Positions 37,205 through 49,892 of a stretch of DNA of 64,000 nucleotides are shown piece after piece. The position numbers and the translations under genes are program-made. Position 1 is the stretch's first letter; each line of letters begins with the position of its first letter. Origin of the DNA: Halioglobus sp. (lineage in GTDB: Bacteria > Pseudomonadota > Gammaproteobacteria > Pseudomonadales > Halieaceae); the NCBI GenBank assembly GCA_045110675.1, contig JBGCGJ010000011.1, forward strand, positions 54,421 through 118,420, written 5' to 3'. A model generated the notes under the pieces. The model saw only the letters and a list, made by a program, of their open reading frames with translations. It was not told the origin of the DNA and did not search any database.

Positions 37205-37447
37205 TCATTCGTTTAGAAATTCATCGGCGCGTTCACGCGAGAGTAAATCCCATTGCTCGCTTTCGGAGTCATATAGCAAGGCCATCTCGCTCCGTTCTAA
37301 CCGACTCTTTAATTGTGAGACTCTATTTTGCAGGTCCGTTTCAACGAGACCATAGTCGGTACCGTCGCGCGTCGCAAACTCTTCCAGAAGCGCTTCCAAC
37401 ACTTCGGCGTCCAGTCTGGCTATGGGTATTTCAAGAATTTGCGACAC
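37205..37447 (-). CDS. yheU: YheU family protein (UPF0270)
   Basis: 80 aa. The LEALLEEFATRDGTDYG pattern matches YheU LIESFVLREGTDYG. Confidence 0.75.
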   Translation of the reverse strand: MSQILEIPIARLDAEVLEALLEEFATRDGTDYGLVETDLQNRVSQLKSRLERSEMALLYDSESEQWDLLSRERADEFLNE

Positions 37448-37637
37448 TGCTAATATTCCGGCTTATGCAAAATGGCGGGCATCAAATCGATCCTAAAAAC
37501 ATGCTGTTGAAGCGCTCAGACTTATTTAAACAGCAAGGACCAAAAAACCTCTGAGGATATTTCACGGCACACTCCTTCTGAAATACTCTCCAGCGCGTTA
37601 ATATAAAGCTTGAGACAGCGAAAGTGGAGTCAAATTA

Positions 37638-38159
37638 GTGGAAACTTCTTATATCGTCACCTTTATCGGCGACGACAGGCCGGGCCTGGTCGAGGCTGTT
37701 TCAGAGGTTGTTGAACAAAAAGGCGGCAACTGGCACGAGAGTCGCTTATCCCAGTTGGGGGGAAAATTTGCGGGATTGGTGCTGGTGTCACTACCGACGG
37801 AGAGCGGACCGGAGTTAGAACTCGGACTGAAAGGATTGTCGACTCAGGGCTTGAGTATTCGAGTGACTCCGACCGGCCCGGGTTCGCAGCTCACAACACC
37901 GCAATCCATCACACTGACAGTGATAGGGCCAGATCGGCCGGGAATCGTAAGAGAAATATCCAGTGCATTAGCAAGTCACGAGGTCAATGTCGTTGATATG
38001 GACAGCCAGGTCAGCAGCGCACCTATGAGCGCAGAGAAACTATTTGAAGCCCGTATCGATGCGCAAATACCGCAAGATACGCAGCTGGAAGAGTTAATGG
38101 ATACACTGGATGAAATCGCCAATCAAATGACTCTGGATATAGCCCTGGAACCTGGTTAA
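37638..38159 (+). CDS. gcvR: tandem-ACT-domain protein, glycine cleavage system regulator GcvR-like
   Basis: 173 aa with two ACT-type repeats (VTFIGDDRPGLV, TVIGPDRPGIVREIS). GTG start 8 nt after GGAG. Confidence 0.6.
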   Translation: METSYIVTFIGDDRPGLVEAVSEVVEQKGGNWHESRLSQLGGKFAGLVLVSLPTESGPELELGLKGLSTQGLSIRVTPTGPGSQLTTPQSITLTVIGPDRPGIVREISSALASHEVNVVDMDSQVSSAPMSAEKLFEARIDAQIPQDTQLEELMDTLDEIANQMTLDIALEPG

Positions 38160-38374
38160 TCGCGTTTTACTAACTTGCGTACTTGAATCCATATACCTGC
38201 CACAATCGCGGCAAACACGATCACGCCAAGTGCCGCGACAATAATGTAAGCAAACAACCAGGCCATGCTTTCGCGGGATATTCCGAACTGTTCTGTGGAA
38301 ACCCAAACCAGACTTCCCAATGCCGCTACACCAATGTAAATACTGCGGCGATAGCGCGAATTGGCGCGGCTCAC
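38156..38374 (-). CDS. possible small two-TM membrane protein (weak call)
   Basis: The hydrophobic segments IYIGVAALGSLVWV and AWLFAYIIVAALGVIVFAAIVAGIW are the only support. The ORF-track start overlaps aroC, and the real start is unknown. Confidence 0.25.
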   Translation of the reverse strand: MSRANSRYRRSIYIGVAALGSLVWVSTEQFGISRESMAWLFAYIIVAALGVIVFAAIVAGIWIQVRKLVKRD

Positions 38375-38397
38375 TGTGCAATCACTCTGCTCATGGC

Positions 38398-39528
38398 TTA
38401 GGCATGCGGAATCGCGCTGCTGTCTCCGGTAGGCGCGGCGGATGGAATAACTGGGGTCTCGCACTGCACATCCATATTCTGGGCGCGATGACGCAATACG
38501 TGATCCATCAAAACGATAGCCAACATCGCCTCTGCAATAGGCGTCGCGCGAATGCCCACACAGGGGTCGTGTCTACCCAAGGTTGAAACTTCTGACGCGT
38601 CTCCGGCCACACTTATCGTCGCTCCCGGCTGACGGATGCTCGAAGTAGGTTTCAGAGCCAGGCTGACGGTAACGTCCTGACCACTGGAAATGCCACCCAA
38701 TACTCCGCCAGAATCATTGCCGACGAAACCCTCTGGCGTGAGCAGATCACGATGCTCGCTTCCGCTTTGTTCTACGCTTGAAAAGCCGGCACCAATTTCA
38801 ACACCCTTCACTGCGTTAATTCCCATCATGGCGTGGGCAATGTCCGCATCCAGGCGATCAAAAACAGGCTCTCCCAGCCCAGGCATCAAACCGCTGGCGA
38901 CGACATTGATGCGAGCGCCGATGGAATCTCCACGTTTATTCAATGCCGCCATGTACTCTTCCATTTCAGGTATCTTGGCCGGATCGGGACAAAAGAATGG
39001 ATTTTTTTCGACCACGTCCCAGTCCAACACTTGCGCCTTTATCGGACCCAACTGAGAGAGATAACCTCTGATCTGAATACCATAACGAGAAAAGAGATAC
39101 TTTTTCGCAATACCACCGGCCGCTACCCGCATCGCGGTCTCACGAGCTGAGGCTCGACCACCACCTCTATAATCACGAAAGCCATACTTCTGGTTGTAGG
39201 TGTAATCGGCGTGCGCAGGACGAAAGGTGTCCTTGATATTTGAATAGTCTTTGGATTTTTGATCGGTGTTGTGAATCATCATACCGATCGCTGTCCCTGT
39301 CGTTTTACCTTCGAAAATCCCCGAGAGAATTTGCACTTCGTCGTCTTCGCGGCGCTGCGTTGTAAAACGTGAAGTTCCAGGCTTACGACGATTGAGGTCG
39401 GTTTGCAAATCTGCAGCGCTGAGTTCAAGGCCCGGAGGGCAGCCGTCTACGATGCAGCCCAGAGCCTGACCATGGCTCTCGCCATAGCTGGTTACGGTGA
39501 ATAGTTTTCCAATCGTGTTGCCCGACAT
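38398..39528 (-). CDS. aroC: chorismate synthase
   Basis: 376 aa with [29 protein letters not shown]-like [11 protein letters not shown] and GRHDPCV. Confidence 0.95.
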   Translation of the reverse strand: MSGNTIGKLFTVTSYGESHGQALGCIVDGCPPGLELSAADLQTDLNRRKPGTSRFTTQRREDDEVQILSGIFEGKTTGTAIGMMIHNTDQKSKDYSNIKDTFRPAHADYTYNQKYGFRDYRGGGRASARETAMRVAAGGIAKKYLFSRYGIQIRGYLSQLGPIKAQVLDWDVVEKNPFFCPDPAKIPEMEEYMAALNKRGDSIGARINVVASGLMPGLGEPVFDRLDADIAHAMMGINAVKGVEIGAGFSSVEQSGSEHRDLLTPEGFVGNDSGGVLGGISSGQDVTVSLALKPTSSIRQPGATISVAGDASEVSTLGRHDPCVGIRATPIAEAMLAIVLMDHVLRHRAQNMDVQCETPVIPSAAPTGDSSAIPHA

Positions 39529-39569
39529 AAGGTTTTCTAATCTGTTGCGCGAAAGTCGCTATTATAAGC

Positions 39570-40490
39570 TTATTGAATGAAGCTTGCGCTGTATTCTTGC
39601 AGCTCTTTTGCCGTCAATATCAACACTCCATGACCACCGAATTCAAACTCCACCCAGGTAAAAGGGACCGTTGGATAAGCTAACTCCAAAGCTTCCCAAC
39701 TATTGCCAACTTCGAGCACCAGGATTCCACTCGGCTGCAAATATTGCCCGGCTGAAGCCAAAATTTTGCGGGTCAGCGCCAGCCCGTCCGGACCGCTTCC
39801 CAGCGCCAACTCAGGCTCTCGATGATACTCCGCCGGCATGGATCTCAGATCTTGTGAATCCACGTAGGGGGGATTGCTCAAAATCAGATCGTAGCGGTTG
39901 TCTGGCAGCGCAGTAAACAAGTCGGATTGATAAACACGCACCCGATCATCCATTCCCATAGCGGCAACATTCTCCGAGGCAAGTTCTAATGCAGAAGGAT
40001 CAAGGTCCGCTAGATCGACCTTAATGTCGGGTAAATAATGTGAACTCGCCAAACCGATACAACCTCCACCACAGCAAAGGTCGAGTACAGTGCGCAACGG
40101 TGGACCGGCATACCAGGGGCTAAACTCCTTGCGAATGAGCTCGGCTATCGGCGAGCGTGGAATAATTGCTCTGTCATCACAGCGAAATTCCAAGCCGGCA
40201 AACCACGCTTTACCGGTGAGGTAGGGAAGTGGGATATTCTCTTCAATTCGCCTTGTCAAATTTACCTGGAGCTCAGACAACTGGCTTCGCTCGATTAATA
40301 GCGCCACCACAGATCGATCGGAATGCGCGGGCAATCCAGCGATAGACAGCACCAACTGAACCGCCTCATCCCAGGCATTATCAGTTCCATGTCCGAAATA
40401 GACATCTGCATTCGTCAATGCCTGTGCGCAATATTCGATGGCTTCACCCATCGTCTCAATGGCTTCAATGTCCGCGTCTAAATTTGTCAT
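39570..40490 (-). CDS. prmB: 50S ribosomal protein L3 glutamine N5-methyltransferase
   Basis: NPPY motif (SNPPYV) and SAM loop [10 protein letters not shown]. Start trimmed to MTNLDAD (ATG 40490). Confidence 0.85.
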   Translation of the reverse strand: MTNLDADIEAIETMGEAIEYCAQALTNADVYFGHGTDNAWDEAVQLVLSIAGLPAHSDRSVVALLIERSQLSELQVNLTRRIEENIPLPYLTGKAWFAGLEFRCDDRAIIPRSPIAELIRKEFSPWYAGPPLRTVLDLCCGGGCIGLASSHYLPDIKVDLADLDPSALELASENVAAMGMDDRVRVYQSDLFTALPDNRYDLILSNPPYVDSQDLRSMPAEYHREPELALGSGPDGLALTRKILASAGQYLQPSGILVLEVGNSWEALELAYPTVPFTWVEFEFGGHGVLILTAKELQEYSASFIQ

Positions 40491-40628
40491 CGCGCAATTG
40501 TACATCAGGACCTGCACAAGGCGCTGGAGTCGCGTAGTTTGCGAACGCACTTGAGGATTGCTAATATCCCCTGCCCTGCGGACTCGCCATCTTGGAAACA
40601 CGCAGTCACTTTATCCGGAGAGAGATTC

Positions 40629-41177
40629 GTGGAAGAACATTGGGCTGGCATTATTCAATCGATAGGCGAAGACCTGAATAGACCAGGTCTTGTAGATACA
40701 CCTAAACGCGCCGCAAAAGCCTTCGAGTTTCTCACCCAGGGTTATCGGCAGTCCGTAGAAGAGGTGGTCAATGGGGCCCTCTTTCCCTCAGATTCCAGTG
40801 AAATGGTGCTGGTTCAGAACATCGAACTGTACTCCCTGTGTGAGCATCACATGTTGCCGTTCATTGGCAAATGCCATGTCGCCTATCTACCAACCGGTAA
40901 CGTTCTGGGTTTGTCCAAGGTTGCTAGAATTGTGGATCTTTTTGCTCGGCGACTGCAAATTCAGGAATCGCTTACTACGCAGATCGCGTCTACCATTATG
41001 GACGTTACTCAGGCTGAGGGTGTCGGCGTTATTATCGAAGCGAAACACATGTGCATGATGATGCGCGGTGTAGAAAAACAAAATTCAGTGATGAAAACAT
41101 CTTCGATGCTCGGCACTTTTAGGGACGACCCTAAAACCCGTGAAGAATTTCTCTCATTGCTGAGACTTCAGGGCTAG
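40629..41177 (+). CDS. folE: GTP cyclohydrolase I
   Basis: [21 protein letters not shown] and [12 protein letters not shown] 40629 lies 4 nt after GGAGAGAG. The ORF-track start is 90 nt further upstream. Confidence 0.9.
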   Translation: MEEHWAGIIQSIGEDLNRPGLVDTPKRAAKAFEFLTQGYRQSVEEVVNGALFPSDSSEMVLVQNIELYSLCEHHMLPFIGKCHVAYLPTGNVLGLSKVARIVDLFARRLQIQESLTTQIASTIMDVTQAEGVGVIIEAKHMCMMMRGVEKQNSVMKTSSMLGTFRDDPKTREEFLSLLRLQG

Positions 41178-41737
41178 GGAGACACTTCCACTATTTCCAT
41201 GTGCAGGTATTGCCGTTCGGCACTGCGAGCTGCACTAAAGAGCAACACTCGATAGTTCGCTTCGCTGCCCAGTGAGTAAACGCGGTAGCGTTGCATCTCT
41301 TCTCTGCCGTAGAGAATTCTCTCCTTGAACACCCGATTAGCCCACTGCACACCTTGACCGCAACTGCGACCGTCACAGGAAAATAGCAGTTCATGTTGTG
41401 CATCATTTTCCAGGGTCGCGATGGCTTCATTCAAGACTTCATTGGAGGTATATCCATCTAATAATCGCCAGGTGTTTCGCTGCAAAACGCCGGTGACGCG
41501 TTCGCCATGTTTGAACTGCCATTGACCTGCGAATTTTTCCATCGCACCCAAACCAATCTCATAGTTTCTGACTTCGCTTTGAGAGGTGGAAACACTTTCG
41601 GTGTGCGGATAGTTGTCGAGTTGCTCTTGTAGAGCTGAGGCAGTCTCTGCATGTACCGATAGTGACCAGGAAAATAACAGAGCGGCAAGGCTGGACGGGA
41701 CATTTATCGCCAACGATCGCAATGTACATTGTTTCAC
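41174..41737 (-). CDS. secreted hypothetical protein
   Basis: 187 aa with signal peptide [16 protein letters not shown]. It overlaps the upstream hydrolase gene by 4 nt. Confidence 0.55.
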   Translation of the reverse strand: MKQCTLRSLAINVPSSLAALLFSWSLSVHAETASALQEQLDNYPHTESVSTSQSEVRNYEIGLGAMEKFAGQWQFKHGERVTGVLQRNTWRLLDGYTSNEVLNEAIATLENDAQHELLFSCDGRSCGQGVQWANRVFKERILYGREEMQRYRVYSLGSEANYRVLLFSAARSAERQYLHMEIVEVSP

Positions 41738-42597
41738 AAAATCTCTCCCTGCAAAAAACTCGAAATCCTTAACGATAAGGGTTTTAACGGAGTTTCCATG
41801 TGGAAATGATGCCCACCAACCACTCGTTCCACAAGCAACTCCTGATTCAACGCGATCAGTTCTCTGAACGCTTCTGACTGATCCATTCTTCCGTTTTCTG
41901 CCAACAACAGCAAGGTCGGCATCGTGATCCTTTGTGCGAGCGAACCAATCTGTCCAGCCGTCAATTTTACTGCTGATGCGCCGTGCAGGCGTCGATCAGT
42001 TGTCCAGGTAAAGCCACCGCCGCAAGACTCCACGCCTCGCTCCACTAGCAATGTTGCCGCATCGGAATTTAATTCGGCATTAGTGCGCAGCGCAATACCC
42101 TCTTCAAGGCTGCCAAATACGCGGTTGCTTGCCGTGAGTAATCCAGGTTTCTGCTCCAGGCTCTTACGCAACTGGACAGAGAATTCCTCCTCTGGAACCG
42201 CTGCTGGAAACATCGCATCCAGCAACACCAAGCGTTTTATCCGTTCTGGAAAAGCACCGGCCAAAATAGTCGCTATGATCGCTCCGCGGGAGTGTCCCAA
42301 CAAATCGAATTCAGTCCACCCTAACTGCTCGAGAACACCGAGGACCTCGGGCAGGTCATCCCAAATCTGGTAGCTGGCATCGCTTGAACGGCGATCACTG
42401 CGGCCGTGTCCTGTCAAATCAATAGCAACAACGTGATGATTCTGTAGCTCGGGAGCAAGCAATGCAAAACTGGCGGCGTTGTCCAGCCATCCGTGCAACA
42501 TCAATATCGGTGGTAGCTTTGAATCGCCCCAAACCAAGCCGCCAATGGTTAGACCATTCACTTGCCATGAGCACTCGATGGGGCCTCGTGAATTCAT
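41734..42597 (-). CDS. alpha/beta hydrolase
   Basis: 287 aa with HGWLDNA and nucleophile elbow GHSRGA. Confidence 0.8.
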   Translation of the reverse strand: MNSRGPIECSWQVNGLTIGGLVWGDSKLPPILMLHGWLDNAASFALLAPELQNHHVVAIDLTGHGRSDRRSSDASYQIWDDLPEVLGVLEQLGWTEFDLLGHSRGAIIATILAGAFPERIKRLVLLDAMFPAAVPEEEFSVQLRKSLEQKPGLLTASNRVFGSLEEGIALRTNAELNSDAATLLVERGVESCGGGFTWTTDRRLHGASAVKLTAGQIGSLAQRITMPTLLLLAENGRMDQSEAFRELIALNQELLVERVVGGHHFHMETPLKPLSLRISSFLQGEIL

Positions 42598-43097
42598 TGT
42601 TCAATCTCGTAGTTTGGAGGCGCAGACCAAAACAACAGTGCAGCACAGTTTGCATCTGGATAATCCAGCCGCATTGACACCAACGATCCCGGCGAAAGAC
42701 CGGGTACTGTATTGGGGAATCCCAGATAGTAATCCGCCAACTCAGAAACGAGAGGTTGGTGTGATACAAGCATGACATGCTGTTCCGGTTTTCCCTCCCC
42801 AGCGATCGCACCCAAAGACTGATCAACCTCCGCGAGTGTTGCTCCGATAACAAGCGAGTTGTCGGGTTCCAGTCTTGCCGATGGGAAATACTGGGAAATA
42901 ATTTGGGCGGTCTGTGTGGTGCGAACCCATTCGCTGTAAAGAATCAAACCGGGGCGGGGTAAATTCTTGATCTCAAGGGACTGAGAGAACTTCGTTCCCG
43001 CGTTGGTGATATCGTCGATACCTCTGTCTGTCAGGGTCCGTTGAAAATCTGTCGGCGCCGTTCCGGCTTTGCCATGTCGTAAGATGGTTACAATCAT
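42594..43097 (-). CDS. sixA: phosphohistidine phosphatase SixA
   Basis: 167 aa with the RHG motif (ILRHGKAG) and downstream VSHQP. Confidence 0.8.
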   Translation of the reverse strand: MIVTILRHGKAGTAPTDFQRTLTDRGIDDITNAGTKFSQSLEIKNLPRPGLILYSEWVRTTQTAQIISQYFPSARLEPDNSLVIGATLAEVDQSLGAIAGEGKPEQHVMLVSHQPLVSELADYYLGFPNTVPGLSPGSLVSMRLDYPDANCAALLFWSAPPNYEIEQ

Positions 43098-43103
43098 AAG
43101 ATC

Positions 43104-44120
43104 TCAATGCGTGACAAATTCTACGTCCTGGGTTTGCTCTGCAAGCATCATGTTGCCAAGAACATCCGCGACCGTTTTTCGCTCGTAAAGAATGGCGTAC
43201 AAACCATTCACCAGTGGCATATAGATATCCCTGCGATCCGCTTCGTTTTTCAAAAGGCCCAAGGTATTGACACCTTCCGCCACTTGACCCAACTCCGCAA
43301 TGATCTCGTCGAGTGACCTTCCTTCTCCCAGAGCAAAGCCGACGCGATAGTTACGAGACAGTGGAGATGCGCAGGTGACGATCAAATCCCCTACCCCGGC
43401 AAGGCCGAGAAACGTCATGGGGTTGGCACCCAGGTGAACCGCAAAACGGGACATCTCTGCCAAAGCTCTTGTCATCAACATGCCAATCGTATTTTCGCCC
43501 AGTCCCAACGCGGCGCCCAGACCAGACATAATTGCGTATACATTTTTAAGCGCGCCACCGAGCTCGACACCGTACATATCATGACTGCTATAGACGCGAA
43601 AAGTTTTGCTGTGAAGCAAATTTTGGACGACACCACTGTGAGCGGGTGTGGCACTGGCGACAACGGAGCCGGTAAGTTGGCCCTCGGCAATTTCCTTAGC
43701 TAAATTGGGCCCACTGAGCACCGCGCAAGGGTTGTCGGGAAGCTCATCCCGAAGTATTTCACTCATCAAATGAAAGCCGGGGCTCTCAATGCCCTTGGTA
43801 AGACTGATCACCAAGGCGTTTGACGAAAGGCCCGAAGAAACCTGACGAACCACCTCCCTAAAGGATTTACTGGGCACGGCCACGAACAAAATATCAATGC
43901 CCTCGACCGCATCCTCTAGCACGCTGGTTGCAGACAAGCCCGGATTGAGAGGAAAACCCGGCAAGTAGTCCGGGTTTTCGTGAGTCGCATTGACCAGCTC
44001 CGCACGCTTGTTGTTACGCATCCACAGCGTGGTCGTATGGCCATTCGCCGCGATGATATTGGCAATGACTGTTCCGAAACTGCCTCCGCCCAATACCGCT
44101 ACGCGATGAAAGTCAGGCAT
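43104..44120 (-). CDS. gpsA: NAD(P)H-dependent glycerol-3-phosphate dehydrogenase
   Basis: 338 aa with VLGGGSFGT, GALKNV and NYRVG. Confidence 0.92.
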   Translation of the reverse strand: MPDFHRVAVLGGGSFGTVIANIIAANGHTTTLWMRNNKRAELVNATHENPDYLPGFPLNPGLSATSVLEDAVEGIDILFVAVPSKSFREVVRQVSSGLSSNALVISLTKGIESPGFHLMSEILRDELPDNPCAVLSGPNLAKEIAEGQLTGSVVASATPAHSGVVQNLLHSKTFRVYSSHDMYGVELGGALKNVYAIMSGLGAALGLGENTIGMLMTRALAEMSRFAVHLGANPMTFLGLAGVGDLIVTCASPLSRNYRVGFALGEGRSLDEIIAELGQVAEGVNTLGLLKNEADRRDIYMPLVNGLYAILYERKTVADVLGNMMLAEQTQDVEFVTH

Positions 44121-44161
44121 ATTTGTACTCCGTACAAGTACCTAAAGGGGCAGTCTATCAG

Positions 44162-46078
44162 CTATGAGTTACTCATTTGCAGGAGTAGCTTATTCAGTCG
44201 AGAAACATAAGCTGCAGGATCATCGAGCTGACCACCTTCTGCGAGGTGCGCCTGATCAAAAACGATACTGGCTAAATCTGCAAATCGATCTTCATCCGCT
44301 TCCTGATCCAGAATAGTGACCAATGGATGCGCTGGATTCACCTCAAGTATTGGCTTACTTTCAGGAACTTCCTGGCCTGCTGCTTCCATAATTCTGCGCA
44401 TTTGCGCGCCCATATCGTAATCTCCAACCACAAGACAAGCTGCCGAGTCTGTTAGACGATTGGTGGCGCGAACTTCAGCTACGCGGCTCTCAAGCACTTT
44501 AGCGAGTCGTTCAACCAAGCCTTCATTGTCTTTGGCCAATTTTTCCTGCTCAGCCTTCTCCTCTTCCGATTCGGCGGGCAGATCCAGTTCGCCCCGGCCA
44601 ACATCCTGAAAGGATTTACCGTCAAACTCTTGCAAATGATTCATCAACCAGTCATCTACCCGATCCGACAGCAGTAATACTTCGATGCCTTTCTTGCGAA
44701 ACACTTCCAGGTGCGGACTGTTCTTCGCTGTATTAAAGTTCTCAGCTACCACGTAATAGATTTTCTCCTGGCTTTCGGCCATACGTGAAACATAGTCATC
44801 CAGGGACTGATCCTGCTCCTCGAGATCGGTATGTGTAGTACTGAAACGCAGCAACTTGGCGATCTTTTCCTTATTGCCAAAGTCTTCCGCTGGCCCCTCT
44901 TTTAGAACTTGTCCAAATTCCTTCCAAAAGACTGCGTAATCATCACCTTCGGCCTTGGCCAACTTGGAAAGCATATCTAATACTCGCTTGGTTAAAGCAC
45001 TGCGCATAGATTCGACGGCGGGATCCTGTTGCAGAATTTCCCGGGAAACGTTTAAGGACAGGTCATTGGAATCGACAACGCCTTTGACAAACCGCAGGTA
45101 GGTAGGGAGAAACTGCTCGGCATCATCCATAATGAACGTGCGCTGTACATAGAGCTTAAGCCCGGTGTTGGCCTCGCGATTCCACAAGTCAAAGGGTGCT
45201 TGCTTGGGAAGGTATAACAAACTGGTGTATTCAAGCTTGCCCTCTACTTTGTTGTGGCTCCAATGCAAAGGATCCTGATAATCGTGAGATACGTGTTTGT
45301 AAAACTCATGGTATTCCTCATCGCTAACCTCTGAGCGAGATCGGGTCCAAAGGGCCGTTGCCGCATTGACAGCTTCATACTCAATTGTGGGGTTTTCTTC
45401 TGGCTCTTCGCCTTCGGCAGGTGGCGCAGGAGGCTTTGCCATCATCACGGGAACCGAGATGTGATCCGAATATTTCTTGATTACGCTGCGCACTCGAAAA
45501 TCATCGGCAAATTCCGCAGCATCGGATTTGAGGTGCAAAACAATGCTGGTGCCACGAGTTTCCTTAGGGCTGCTTTCAATTGAGAATTCCGCCTCGCCGT
45601 GGGATTCCCAAAGCACACCCTCTTCAGCGCTGGTACCCGCTTTGCGCGTGTGAACTTCCAAGCGATCTGCCACAATAAAACCGGAGTAGAAGCCAACTCC
45701 GAACTGGCCAATGAGCTGGGAATCCTTCTGTTGGTCACCGGTCAGCGTTTCCAGGAATGCGGCGGTACCCGATTTGGCGATCGTACCCAGGTTTTCTATG
45801 ACTTCGTCCCGGGTCATGCCTACGCCATTGTCACTGATGGTAATGGTGTTCGCCTCCTTATCCACATCGACCTGGATCTGAAACTCACTTTGCCCTTCCA
45901 GCAAGCTGTCATCTGCGAGAGCCTCAAATCGAAGCTTGTCGATGGCGTCTGATGAGTTCGAAATAAGCTCTCTTAGAAAAATTTCCTTGCTGCTATACAG
46001 GGAGTGGATCATCAGGTGAAGTAACTGCTTCGCTTCAGTCTGAAAGCCCATAGTTTCTTTTTTTACTTCTGCGTTCAT
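44162..46078 (-). CDS. htpG: molecular chaperone HtpG (Hsp90)
   Basis: [27 protein letters not shown] and [12 protein letters not shown] 46078 is preceded by GAGGG. The ORF-track start is 72 nt further upstream. Confidence 0.95.
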   Translation of the reverse strand: MNAEVKKETMGFQTEAKQLLHLMIHSLYSSKEIFLRELISNSSDAIDKLRFEALADDSLLEGQSEFQIQVDVDKEANTITISDNGVGMTRDEVIENLGTIAKSGTAAFLETLTGDQQKDSQLIGQFGVGFYSGFIVADRLEVHTRKAGTSAEEGVLWESHGEAEFSIESSPKETRGTSIVLHLKSDAAEFADDFRVRSVIKKYSDHISVPVMMAKPPAPPAEGEEPEENPTIEYEAVNAATALWTRSRSEVSDEEYHEFYKHVSHDYQDPLHWSHNKVEGKLEYTSLLYLPKQAPFDLWNREANTGLKLYVQRTFIMDDAEQFLPTYLRFVKGVVDSNDLSLNVSREILQQDPAVESMRSALTKRVLDMLSKLAKAEGDDYAVFWKEFGQVLKEGPAEDFGNKEKIAKLLRFSTTHTDLEEQDQSLDDYVSRMAESQEKIYYVVAENFNTAKNSPHLEVFRKKGIEVLLLSDRVDDWLMNHLQEFDGKSFQDVGRGELDLPAESEEEKAEQEKLAKDNEGLVERLAKVLESRVAEVRATNRLTDSAACLVVGDYDMGAQMRRIMEAAGQEVPESKPILEVNPAHPLVTILDQEADEDRFADLASIVFDQAHLAEGGQLDDPAAYVSRLNKLLLQMSNS

Positions 46079-46134
46079 ATCGCCCTCTCGGTCATAAACT
46101 GCTTGTTGATTGGATTTACTACCAGCTCTGCATG

Positions 46135-46162
46135 AAATGGGGTTTCGCAAACATTTTTCAAG
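46135..46162 (-). promoter_or_regulatory. sigma-32 (RpoH) heat-shock promoter of htpG
   Basis: On the minus strand: CTTGAAA, a 13-nt spacer, then CCCCATTT. This matches the sigma-32 consensus CTTGAAA / CCCCATnT. Confidence 0.65.
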
Positions 46163-46193
46163 CCCTAAACCCTCAGATCAGGGCACTTTGGCC

Positions 46194-46220
46194 AAAAAAA
46201 ACCCGCCAGATATGGCGGGT
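46194..46220 (-). terminator. rho-independent terminator after sucD
   Basis: Minus strand: ACCCGCC-atatct-GGCGGGT followed by T7-8. Confidence 0.8.
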
Positions 46221-46242
46221 TTCTCACTGTCCTTGGGAAGGG

Positions 46243-47115
46243 TTACCAGCCAGTTATTTCGGCCAATCCATCTCCAATTTGTGCCAGAGAGCGCACAGTT
46301 TTAACGCCGGCATCTTCCAGGGCAGCAAACTTCTCATCAGCGGTACCCTTACCGCCGGAGATGATCGCGCCAGCATGGCCCATACGCTTACCTTTGGGAG
46401 CCGTTACACCCGCAATATAGGAAACAACGGGCTTGGTCACGTTAGCCTTGATGTACGCTGCAGCCTCTTCTTCGGCAGTACCGCCAATTTCACCAATCAT
46501 AACGATAGCTTCTGTGGCGGGGTCGTTTTGAAACATCTCCAAAACATCGATGAAGTTTGAGCCGGGTATGGGATCTCCGCCGATTCCTACGCAGGTAGAC
46601 TGACCGTAGCCGGCATCCGTAGTTTGCTTAACCGCTTCATAGGTCAGCGTTCCCGAGCGAGATACGATTCCAACCTTGCCAGGCAGGTGAATATGACCAG
46701 GCATAATACCGATTTTGCACTCACCAGGAGTGATAACGCCCGGACAGTTAGGCCCGATCAATCGCACACCCAGTTGGTCACACACGACCTTGGCATCGAG
46801 CATATCCAATGTAGGTATACCTTCGGTGATACAGACAATCAGCTTAATGCCACCATTTGCCGCTTCCAGAATTGAATCCTTACAAAACGGTGCTGGTACA
46901 TAGATAACCGAGGCGTCAGCTCCAGTGGCTGCTACGGCCTCTGAAACGGTGTTAAAAACCGGCAGGCCCAGATGCTCCTGGCCGCCTTTACCCGGTGTAA
47001 CTCCACCGACCATCTTGGTGCCGTATTCGATGGCTTGCTCGGAGTGAAATGTTCCTTGAGAGCCGGTAAAGCCCTGACAGATCACTTTGGTGTTTTTATC
47101 GATTAAAATGCTCAT
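46243..47115 (-). CDS. sucD: succinate--CoA ligase subunit alpha
   Basis: [33 protein letters not shown] and MGHAGAI (catalytic His). Confidence 0.95.
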   Translation of the reverse strand: MSILIDKNTKVICQGFTGSQGTFHSEQAIEYGTKMVGGVTPGKGGQEHLGLPVFNTVSEAVAATGADASVIYVPAPFCKDSILEAANGGIKLIVCITEGIPTLDMLDAKVVCDQLGVRLIGPNCPGVITPGECKIGIMPGHIHLPGKVGIVSRSGTLTYEAVKQTTDAGYGQSTCVGIGGDPIPGSNFIDVLEMFQNDPATEAIVMIGEIGGTAEEEAAAYIKANVTKPVVSYIAGVTAPKGKRMGHAGAIISGGKGTADEKFAALEDAGVKTVRSLAQIGDGLAEITGW

Positions 47116-48284
47116 TACGCCGCTCCTCCAGCTGCTTTAACTGCTTGTTCTGCAGCATCGGTGAGGCTAGTGGCAGCAATAATATTCAAACCACTGTCGG
47201 CCAACACTTTTTGTCCCAACTCAGCATTGTTACCTTCAAGTCGAACGACAACCGGGACCTCTACGCCTATTTCCTGTACCGCGCCGATAACGCCTTCGGC
47301 TATTAGATCACAGCGAACAATTCCGCCGAAAATATTGATCAAAACGGCTTTTACTTTGTCATCGGAGAGAATGATCTTAAAGGCTTCGGAAACACGCTCT
47401 TTGGTTGCCCCGCCCCCCACATCGAGAAAGTTAGCCGGAAAGCCACCATGCAATGCCACAATGTCCATCGTTCCCATGGCCAAACCAGCTCCGTTCACCA
47501 TGCAACCGATGTTGCCATCCAACGCCACGTAGTTGAGTTCCCACTGAGCGGCATGTGCTTCGCGCTCGTCGTCCTGGGAAGGATCGTGCATCTCGCGCAG
47601 TGCCGGTTGCCGATAGAGTGCGTTACCGTCGACACCAAGCTTGGCATCGAGGCAGTGAAGATCACCCGCATCTGTGATTACCAGTGGATTAATCTCAATC
47701 AACGCCAGGTCCTTTTCTTGGAACATTTTGGCAAGACCCAAAAAAATCTTCACAAACTGCTTAATTTGATCGCCTTTCAGACCCAGAGCAAACGCCAGTT
47801 CACGACCTTGGTAAGGTTGAGCGCCCACCAGCGGGTCGATGATAGCGCGGAGTATTTTGTCGGGAGTTTCCTCCGCAACCTTCTCAATCTCGACACCACC
47901 TTCCGTTGAGGCCATGAACACGATTCTTCGAGATGCTCGGTCGACGACAGCGCCGAGATACAGTTCGTCTGCGATATCAGTGCAGGTTTCTACCAGAATT
48001 TTGGTGACCGGCTGGCCACCTTCATCGGTTTGGTAAGTGACGAGGTTTTTACCTAACCACTGCGTGGCGAAGTCTCGAATTTCATCCTTGGTCTTAACCA
48101 ACTTGACCCCGCCTGCCTTACCGCGGCCACCGGCGTGCACTTGAGCTTTGACAACCCAAGTGTCCCCTCCGATCATGCCCGCCGCTTCCGCTGCTTCTTG
48201 AGGTGTGTCTACTGCATAGCCCTTGGAGACAGGCAGTCCATACTCTGCAAACAATTGCTTGCCTTGATACTCATGAAGATTCAT
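47115..48284 (-). CDS. sucC: ADP-forming succinate--CoA ligase subunit beta
   Basis: [19 protein letters not shown]. Its stop overlaps the sucD start. Confidence 0.95.
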   Translation of the reverse strand: MNLHEYQGKQLFAEYGLPVSKGYAVDTPQEAAEAAGMIGGDTWVVKAQVHAGGRGKAGGVKLVKTKDEIRDFATQWLGKNLVTYQTDEGGQPVTKILVETCTDIADELYLGAVVDRASRRIVFMASTEGGVEIEKVAEETPDKILRAIIDPLVGAQPYQGRELAFALGLKGDQIKQFVKIFLGLAKMFQEKDLALIEINPLVITDAGDLHCLDAKLGVDGNALYRQPALREMHDPSQDDEREAHAAQWELNYVALDGNIGCMVNGAGLAMGTMDIVALHGGFPANFLDVGGGATKERVSEAFKIILSDDKVKAVLINIFGGIVRCDLIAEGVIGAVQEIGVEVPVVVRLEGNNAELGQKVLADSGLNIIAATSLTDAAEQAVKAAGGAA

Positions 48285-48411
48285 GTTCTGTTCCGTTCTG
48301 GTTCGTTGTTAACGATCTTGAATGATCGACGCTGCAATGACTGCATTGCGTCAACCGGCTTGGTACCCATCAGCGTCGGCGATTTTCTTATCTTACGCAT
48401 TGGGGCGGATT

Positions 48412-49866
<1,455 letters not shown>

Positions 49867-49892
49867 CTACGTTTGTGACCCAGTCCAGCGCG

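Noticed and set aside
48300-48411. Hairpin between lpd and sucC (GACGC...GCGTC) as an internal terminator
   Set aside because: It has only a 5-bp stem with an imperfect interior and no U-tract. It is more likely an ordinary spacer within the suc operon.
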